Part shown: positions 42,001 to 51,400 of the stretch, piece by piece | How the letters are laid out: every line of letters begins with the position of its first letter | Position numbering within the stretch: position 1 is the first letter of the stretch | Assembly: GCA_044892525.1 (NCBI GenBank) | Contig: CM097885.1 | Coordinates: 236,408,001-236,472,000, forward strand | Source of the DNA: Schmidtea polychroa | Lineage: Eukaryota | Length of the DNA: 64,000 nucleotides | Direction: 5' to 3' | Made by a program: the position numbers and the translations under genes | The notes under the pieces: generated by a model | Told to the model about the DNA's origin: nothing | What the model saw: only the letters and a program-made list of their open reading frames with translations | Database searches by the model: none

Positions 42001-45000
42001 AATGTTTTCTGCAATTTTACTAATTTGCTGATACCCATTGTTTATTATATTTCCTACATAATCACGGAAATCATTCTTATCGATATCAAAATTAAAAACT
42101 TTTCGAAATTTATCAAAATTCTTTTTGGCTTCTATCCACGGAACTACAATATCTTCAATTTTCCATGTGCTCGGCTCTAGCAAATTGGCTAGCTCATAAA
42201 TAATGCTATTATCAATATTTTTTTTGTTACTATTTGATCCGAGATGAGAGCAATCCATCAATCTTAATTTCATATTTTTTATGATGCTGTCAATAAGGGA
42301 ATTTCTGGGAAGGTTTCCATAAATTCTGTTTTCGACGAAGATAATGTTTTTGAATGCTTCAGAGTTTATAACTTCATCTAACGGTTCGCACGAACCGGTG
42401 CGAACCGGTAGGAAAGCATCCCTGAGTACGCAAGATGTATATTATTATTAATTATCGAACACAATATTACATTTCACTGAAAAAAATATTAATAATTTGG
42501 TCATTAATGGGTTAAGTTTGTCGCATAAATATAATTAGGAAAATTAACAAAAATATAAAACTTTCTAGAAATTTGTTCATTTAACACGTTTAATGCAGTA
42601 GACTTTCTATTATTATGACCTATTAAACTGTTAAAAATGAAAATATTAACTGGGTAAATTATTTTTTCGGATAAGTGTAAATATAATTTTATACCAATTT
42701 TAATGTTTATAGTTATTTTAATAAACATATATTAAATTTAAATTCGTTTAGATTTGAAATTATTATTACATTTTTCTTAATAAATTTTAATACAAATTTC
42801 TCTATAAATTTAGTATTATAAAAAAAACAGTTTATTTCTAGTTTTACAATAACAACCCTAATAGTTGTTAAATTTGATGTAGATAAGGTATTCATATTTT
42901 GAGCAATTCATTTCGGAATGAGTTTGTCCATAGTTAAATCATGTTCCTTTGAAAACAAATTTTATACATGTCAGTAGACAAGTCTATTCCTATCTAATTG
43001 TTTCGGAATATATATATATATATCAGGGATGGCAATTACATGGCACGCGTGCCAAACTTGGCACGCAGACAAAAAACTTCTGGCACTCTAAGAAATTTAA
43101 AAAAAGAAGTAGAAAAAATTCTTATTATAAAATAATTACTGCTTTTTAAAAAAAAATTTGGACCCAAAATTTTAATCAACGGCTTTGAATTGAATTCTAT
43201 ATTTTTTTCTCTAGTTGGTTTTGCGTTATTAAATAACGCAATTAATTATTAAATTTAGTTTATTTTGGCACTTTGATAAAAACCTATTTGCCAAAATAAC
43301 GGTTATTTTGTACATACGTATATGGTTGTGTTATAATTCTTGTATATTCTTACATCAGTTTTTAGTTTTGTTTTAACTTGTGCAGTTCAATAAAATTTGT
43401 GTTTAATTTTAAATAAAATTTATTTTTTGCTGAATTAAAATGGTACCAAAAAAACCAAAACTACAAGATATTCGTAGCTTTGTACTCTCTTGGACTGCTG
43501 ATTACGGTTTTGAAATTTCTTATTTGATTGCTAAGCAATCAAAACCATTTTCTGATGGAGAGTTTGTAAAAACGGTTATGTTAAAAGCGGCCGAAAGTTT
43601 TTTTCAAGATTTTAATAATAAAGAAAAGATTATTCAAAGAATTCGAGAAGTCCAGCTAAGCCGAAATTCAGTTAAAGATAGAATTTTAAAAATAAGTGCG
43701 AATATTTCTGATCAACTTTACAACGATGTTAATAGCTGTGACTACATTTCAATTTGCCTCGATGAATCAACAGATATTAAGTCATCTGCCCGATTAGCAA
43801 TCATTGCACGTTATCCGAAAGATAATGAAATGCACGAAGAACTTTTAAAATTAGCAAATATCCCAGAAAGAACAAGAGGTAGTGATATTTGTGAAGTTGT
43901 ATTCAATGAATTAAACAAACTTAAAATAAATATTAAAAAAATCATTTCTGTAACGACAGATGGAGCTCCTAATATGACTGGACCAGAGATAGGTTTTGTT
44001 AATTTATTTCAAAACCTAGTTGGTCATCCAATAATAGGCTTTCATTGCATTATTCATCAGCAAGTTCTTTGTGCAAAATTCGGAACTAGCGATTTCAAAG
44101 AAATATCAGAACAAGTTAATAAAATCATAAATTTTGTAGTTGCACGCGACATGCATAAAAGACAATTTAAAAAACTTTTAAATGATATGGATTGCGAATA
44201 CGATACTCTCTTAATGTGCAATAGTGTACGTTGGCTAAGTCGAGCGACATCCTTAGAACGATTTGTGAATTGCTTGGAAGAAATTCGACTTTTTTTACAC
44301 GAATTCGACAGGGATCGTTTTAAAGAATTATATGATACAGAATGGTTAACAAAATTAATGTTTTTTACCGACGTAACATTACATTTAAACGTTCTTAATA
44401 AAAAATTGCAAGGACGAGGAAAAACAATTGAAGTTATGTTTGGATTGATAAAGGGGTTTGAAATTAAATTAGATATTTTTGCTAGAGATATCGCATCTGG
44501 AAAACATAATAATTTTCCGAAACTTAAAAGTTTTTTAAATGAATCTACAATTTTCAAAACTAATTGGAATTTTAATTACGAATTTTCTAAAGTTCTTGAA
44601 ACTATAAAAGAACAATTTTCAAATCGATTTAAAGATTTTAAAAGAATTGATAGGCTGTTGAAAATTGTAAATTATCCGGACTTATTCGATATACAGGATT
44701 TCGATAACAACCTTATTAATTGGATGAAATTAGAAAATTTAGAAATGCAGACAGTAGATTTGCAATCTAATCCTATTTGGACACAAAAATTTGTGAATAT
44801 GCGAAAAAATATAGAAGAATTGGAATATCATCGATTGTCACAGGATGGAGAGTCGGAATGCCGCATTGAAAACTTGATATTGGAAGTGTGGAAAAGTATG
44901 CCAGAAGCATTTGCTTCTGTAAAAAAATTAGCAATCGCAATGTTAACCATTTTCGCATCCACTTATTACTGTGAGAGTCTTTTTTCTGTACTTAATCATG

Positions 45001-45388
45001 TACTATCAAAGACAAGAAACAGATTAACAGAAGAAGACTCAGCAGCTTGTATTACCTTACAATCGACAACATACCATCCTGATATTAAAAACCTTGCAAG
45101 TAATATGAAGCAAAAAACTTCTAACAAAATTTAAGAATTTTTTATTAAATTTATTATTAAACTTTATAATTTTTTTTACTATTTCTTTATATTGAATAAA
45201 TATTATCACATGAACTCAAATATTAAAATTTATTTCTGTTTTCTTGTGAATAAAAAAATTAATAAAAAAATGAATAAAAAATGTATATATAGGTACATAT
45301 AACAAATAAAAGTTACGAGGGCACGCGAAAAAAATTGAATTTAAATTTAGTTTATTTTGGCACTTTGATAAAAACCTATTTGCCATCC

Positions 45389-45482
<94 letters not shown>

Positions 45483-48400
45483 TATATATAGTTTGAAATA
45501 ATTAACTTATAAAACAATATCTTATTTTAATTTATTTATAAAATAAAAATTTATAATTACTTACATTTTACTTACAATTCACTTGTCATTTTTCCGTGGC
45601 GTTTATTTCTTTCCTAAAATGATCTATGAATTGTTAATATAAATACATTTTAATTTACCGTTTCCACAAAAATATTATTTCTTCTGTTCATTTTGGATTT
45701 CTTACAGATCTGTAAAATAAGTAAATCTTCATAAAAAAGAAAATAAAATCTTACTCGTAGGATATAAAATTTGAATTGATTTTATAAATTTAAATTAATG
45801 ATAAATTAAAACAAATAGTTGACAATTATCGATAGTAGGTAACTAAATATATAGTGATCAACTAGAATATTCTTTGATATTTATTTACTTTAAGATATGC
45901 AGATATAATATTATTAATGAGAAAAATGCGACCGATGCTGAGAAAAACCTTTGTCAAAGGCGGCTCCAAATTAGACAAACAAACACGTAATTCTTCATCA
46001 GCACACAAAATAAATCAATTAAAAATTTTTCTACAACGGTTCACTACTGTACACTAGGTTAGAAATATGTTACTCCGCGGCAGAGTTTGGCAGACACTGT
46101 TCTAGCTACAAATCCAAAGTTGTCGAAGGACCTCCTTCAATATTTGAAATGCTACCTTCACAGAAAGGCAGCGTTTGACAAGAAATATCTGTTATACTGT
46201 AAAATATTTTAATGTTTTGTAATTTAATGAATAAATCTTACATTGTCAGATTTTCACCTTCGCAAAAAGACAGTGTATCCTGAGCAGGGCCGCCGCGTAC
46301 AATTGTTCATATTGTGCCCCGCACAAGGGCGCCCCACACTCGGCGCCACCTCACTAAATAAAAAAAATTAAAATTAAATATAAAAAAATTAAATGATAAA
46401 AAAGAAAAAGTGACAAATATGGATTTATTAGAGAGATACTGGAAACGCGGGCGCAACGTATACCTTATTCTACCACGCTATGAAAGCGCGCTCGTGACTT
46501 CGTGCGATGCAATCGGTGTAGATCGCTCAACTTCGTTCGATAAAGGCGTCACCGCGACGCGCGGCATTTCACATTTACGTCTAGTCAAGTTTACGTTTAG
46601 TCAAGTTTACGCAAATTTAAGTCTAGTCAAGACCACCACTGCATTTGTCTTCTGTGTAAATCAAAAATTTATTGATTTTCATCAGGCATTCATTATAAAA
46701 CTTCAACGTAAGTATAATTTACAATATTAAATAACTAATTATATAATAAATAACAATATTAAATATTTAAAAATTTATTTAAATTACAATGTATAATAAA
46801 TTTTAACTTAAAATCCTTAGATGTCTGGAATCGGAAAAATAATCAAAATTATCAGGCGCGCAAAATAAGAAAAATAGACTTCAGCGAGAAGACGCTCGAC
46901 AAAAGCTATTAGGTTCTTTAGATAAATTCACTATTAAAACTATTAATCCTACTACGACTGCAACGGAAGAAAATCAAGACCTGAATCTCGAAACACAAAG
47001 TTCTTCTGGTGTATCCACAAACTCTACAATAGAAAACGAATCGAAAGAAAGTAATAAAACCGATTCCGATTCCGATTCCGAAAAAATTGATTTTAACGAT
47101 CCGGCTACTTGGCCAAAACAAATTAATATAAAATTAACCATTTTATACGGAGTGTACAATATATTGTACACAGTTTTGTGCTGAATATCTGTTGTACCTT
47201 TTCGAAAATATAATGTGAGAAGTACTTTTTAAGAAAATTGAAATTTGTTCTAGTACATTTTAATAATTTTGGCGCCAAATAGTGACATTTTCAGTATTTT
47301 TCAGTTGATTTTGTGAAGAGCACACGCAAAAAGAAAAATTCCTGTGGTAAGTATAAATTTATTTCTCTGTTATTGTAAAAAGTTTAAAAGCGATTTTAAT
47401 AAACTTTGCGATATTTTTTAAAAAAAATGTTATTTTATTATTAAATTATATTATTGCAGCAAATTGGCAATAATATTTTTATAAAACATAACTTAAAAAT
47501 TAATGTACAATATCTTGTACACCTCGAACCAATCATTGTGTACAATTTATTGTACATAACTATATATTGTAGATACTGAATCAAAGATTTGGTTTTGGTG
47601 CTAGTGTTGTACTTCATTTGGTGCAACGGTTACCGAATAATAATGGCAATAATCTATATTTTGACAATTACTTCAGCTCATACCAATTATTTGAAATTTT
47701 AAAGCAGAAAGGAATAAATGCCGTAGGAACCTTAAGAGTAAATCGTTTTGCTAATCCACCATTTATTACAGATAAGGAACTCGCAAAGAAAGGTCGGGAT
47801 GCAACTGACACTGTGGTCAGTAGGGATGGAAAAATTGTTTTAGTAAAATGGCAGGACAATAAGGCTATTCACATAGGCTCGAATTTTGTTGGAATTGGAA
47901 CTACTGAAGTAGTGGAAAGATGGGATAAAACTGCTAAAAAATATGTAAAAATTTGTCGGCCCGAGATTATTTCTCGGTATAATCTGTGCATGGGGGGAGT
48001 GGATCTTCTAGATCAGCTTATCAACTATTATCGAGTTTTTATCCAGTCCAAGAAGTGGCCATTGAGAGTATTTTTTCATTTCATGGATTTTGCTACATGT
48101 GCCAGTTGGTTAGAGTATAGAAGGGATTGTGAAATACAAAAAATATACAGGATTTACTGGCATTTAGAATGGAATCAGCAAATAGTTTAGTTTCAGCAGG
48201 CAAACCATGCAATGAAAGAAAAAAGGGTAGACCTTTTTCAAATTCCAGCGTTGATACTTCAATCGAAAAAAAACGATCTAAAAAGAATCAGGAAATAAGA
48301 CCATACAAGGATATCAGATTTGATGACATTGATCATATGCCCCAACATGATCAAAAAACTGAACCCACTCGTTGCAAACAAATTGGCTGCAAGGGTAGAA

Positions 48401-51400
48401 CATTTTTTTATGTGATAAATGCAAGGTTCACCTTTGTATTAATAAATTAAGAAATTGTTTCTCAGATTTTCATAGGAACAAGAACTGAAAGAGTTTTTAA
48501 AAAAATAGAACACGAAGTTCCTAAATTGATTTTTGTTTATTTTTATACAAAGTTCCTATTTTTTGTTTTTGTGTATATGTATACATATTGTTTATTTATG
48601 TTATTTTTTTATAGTTTGTATAAGTATGTGTTGAATTCAGAATAAACATACATTTTATTTTTGATTTCTTTCTTTTTTTCTTTTTTTTTTGAAGAATTGC
48701 TATAGTGTTTTATTTTAATTCATTCAAAGGTACATAAAAAAGCTCAGTAAAATTAACACCTACTGATACGAAATGTACAATATAATGTACATTCTCTAAA
48801 GCCGTTATTTAAAAAAAAATTAAATTATTTTTTTATTATTTTGCATAATTTGAGTCCCCTTACTAGGTTTGATGGTCTAGATAATTAATTTACCCACAGA
48901 ATTAATTCCCGAATGAAAGGGTTAAGAGATTGTTTAATAGAAAATGATCCTTAGCAATTAATTTTGAAAGACTTCCCAAAAAATGAGTCTGGACGTAAAT
49001 TTTCTGATAATTATTATTATCGAACTTTATCAAACGGGGAAAAAATTTGCAGGAGTTATTTGCTTTATTCGAAAACTCAAAACTCAAAATACTACACAAC
49101 TTACTAGTGGTTGTAATGATTGGCAACACTTAAGCCACATATTAAAAGTTCACGAAACTAGGGTTGGGCACATAAAAAACAGTTCAAAATATAGCGAATT
49201 GAGAATGTCACTAAAAAAAATTGTACAATTGATGCAATGCAACAACGACTCTACGAAACCGAAAAAAAATATTGGCTATCGGTCGTGGAACGAATTATTC
49301 ATATAATGCAGTATTTATCAAGACAATGCTTGGCATTTAGAGGTTCATCTAAAAATCTTTTTCAAAACGACAACAGAAACTTTTTGAAATTAATAGAAAC
49401 CATAGCTAAATTCGATCCAATAATGTCTGAACATTTATATCGCGTTCAAACGTTTGAGAAAAAAAACAGTCATTAGTCATTATTTAGGTGATCAGATTCA
49501 AAATGAAATAATTAGCATTATAAGTGATGCTATTAAGAAAAAGATTCTAGAAATGCTCCACTCTTCAAAATATTATTCAATCATTCTTGATACAACACCA
49601 GACATAAGCCATACTGAACAGTTAACCATTGTCATAAGATTTGTTTATCACAATAAATCGAGAAATGTTGCAGAAATTCGTGAGCATTTTTTAGGATTCC
49701 AAAGTGTAACTGACACAACCGGTGTAGGTTTATTCGAGTTCATCATTAACCATTTGAAATTAATGAACATTAATATATCAGATTTACGCGGACAGTCGTA
49801 CGATAACGGAGCTAATATGCGTGGGAGACATAATGGACTTCGACAAAAAATTCTTGAAATAAATTCATGAGCTTCTTTCGTTCCATGCGCTGCTCATTCA
49901 TTAAATTTGGTAGTGAACGATGCAGCTAAAATTTCGTTTGAGACGGTAAATTTTTTTAGAGTGATTCAAGAACTATATAATTATTTTTCAATTAGTGTGA
50001 AAAGGTGGGATGTATTAAAAAAATACGTTAAAAACTTTACCCTAAAACAACTTTCTGCAACTAGATGGGAAAGTCGGATAGAAGCCCTGAAACCTCTGAA
50101 AATGTATATGTCAGAAATTTATCAAGCTCTATTAGATATCACTAATGACCACACAAAAGACATGGATTCTAGAGCTCAAGCAAATAATATAATTTCAAAA
50201 ATTTGTTCTTTTAAATTTTTGTGATCCGTCTCAATTTGGAATGATATATTGAATCTTGTCAATATTGTCAGCAAAATAATGCAAAAGCCCACAATCGATT
50301 TAAAATTAGTAACAGAAAATCTTAATTCAATTTTGAACAACTTAAAAAGTCTTAGAACTGATGATAAATTTGAAGAACTTGTGACGTCTGCAATGGCTAA
50401 AGCTAGAGAACTTGATATTGAGCCTGATTTCCCTGAAACTCGAAAGCGAAAAAAAGGAAGTTATTCGATTACGAAGCATCAAATGATACAGTGAAGGATG
50501 CAAAACATGATTTTAAAATTAACTTCTACACCACTATATCATCAATTTCAGAATGATTTCAACAATTGCAAAAACACAACGAAGATTTTAAAATAATACA
50601 CAACATCAACCAACTAAAACAATGGGATAATGAGGATTTATTGAAACACTGCAAAGATTTGCATATAAAATTAACCGACGGTGCAAACTTAAACGATGAA
50701 GATATTGATGGTATAGCTCTAAACGAAGAATTAAAAACCATTCAATTTTTTATAAAATCTGACTTGTCTCCTCACGAGGTTTTAAATTACATTTATAAAA
50801 ATGCATTAAATGAGATCTTCCCGAATATAACTATTGTATTACGCATTTTTTAACATTACCTGTGTCTGTTGCTTCGGGAGAAAGAAGTTTCTCTAAGTTA
50901 AAACTAATTAAAAACTATTTACGGTCTACCATGAAAGAAGAACGATTAACGGACTTATCCATAATATCTATAGAAAGCGATATTTTGGATTCCATAGATA
51001 TTAACGATCTCATAAAAAACTTTGTAGCTGCTAAAGCTAGAAGAGTAAATATGTAAAAAGTATTTTGATTTTTGAATGATGAATAATTATAAAGTAATCT
51101 AATTCTTAATATATGTTTGAGACAAGCAAATTTTATTGATTGCTTAGATTTAGTATTATATATTGTATGTATATAACCCATGCCTGTATATTATCGTATT
51201 ATATAAGCTGTAATTATTTTTTAAAATAAAAGTATTCATTGGAAATATTCTAATGATTAAATTCATAACAAGTCATAGTTTTTGACATGGGGTTCAGTTC
51301 AGGGAAGGGCGCTGAAAAAAATCTGGCACAAAGGCGCCTCTTACCCACGCGGCGGCCCTGATCCTGAGAAATATCTGAAAATCTAAAGAAAGTTTATATT

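Larger units (their letters stand above)
10753..45900. mobile_element. Decayed Polinton/Maverick (adintovirus-like) element B; right TIR not found
   Basis: It begins AGTAGGTAG. Gene order is ATPase, basic/core protein, integrase, minor capsid, QxGG protein, major capsid and adenain on +, with pPolB convergent on -. The right boundary is approximate. Confidence 0.85.
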
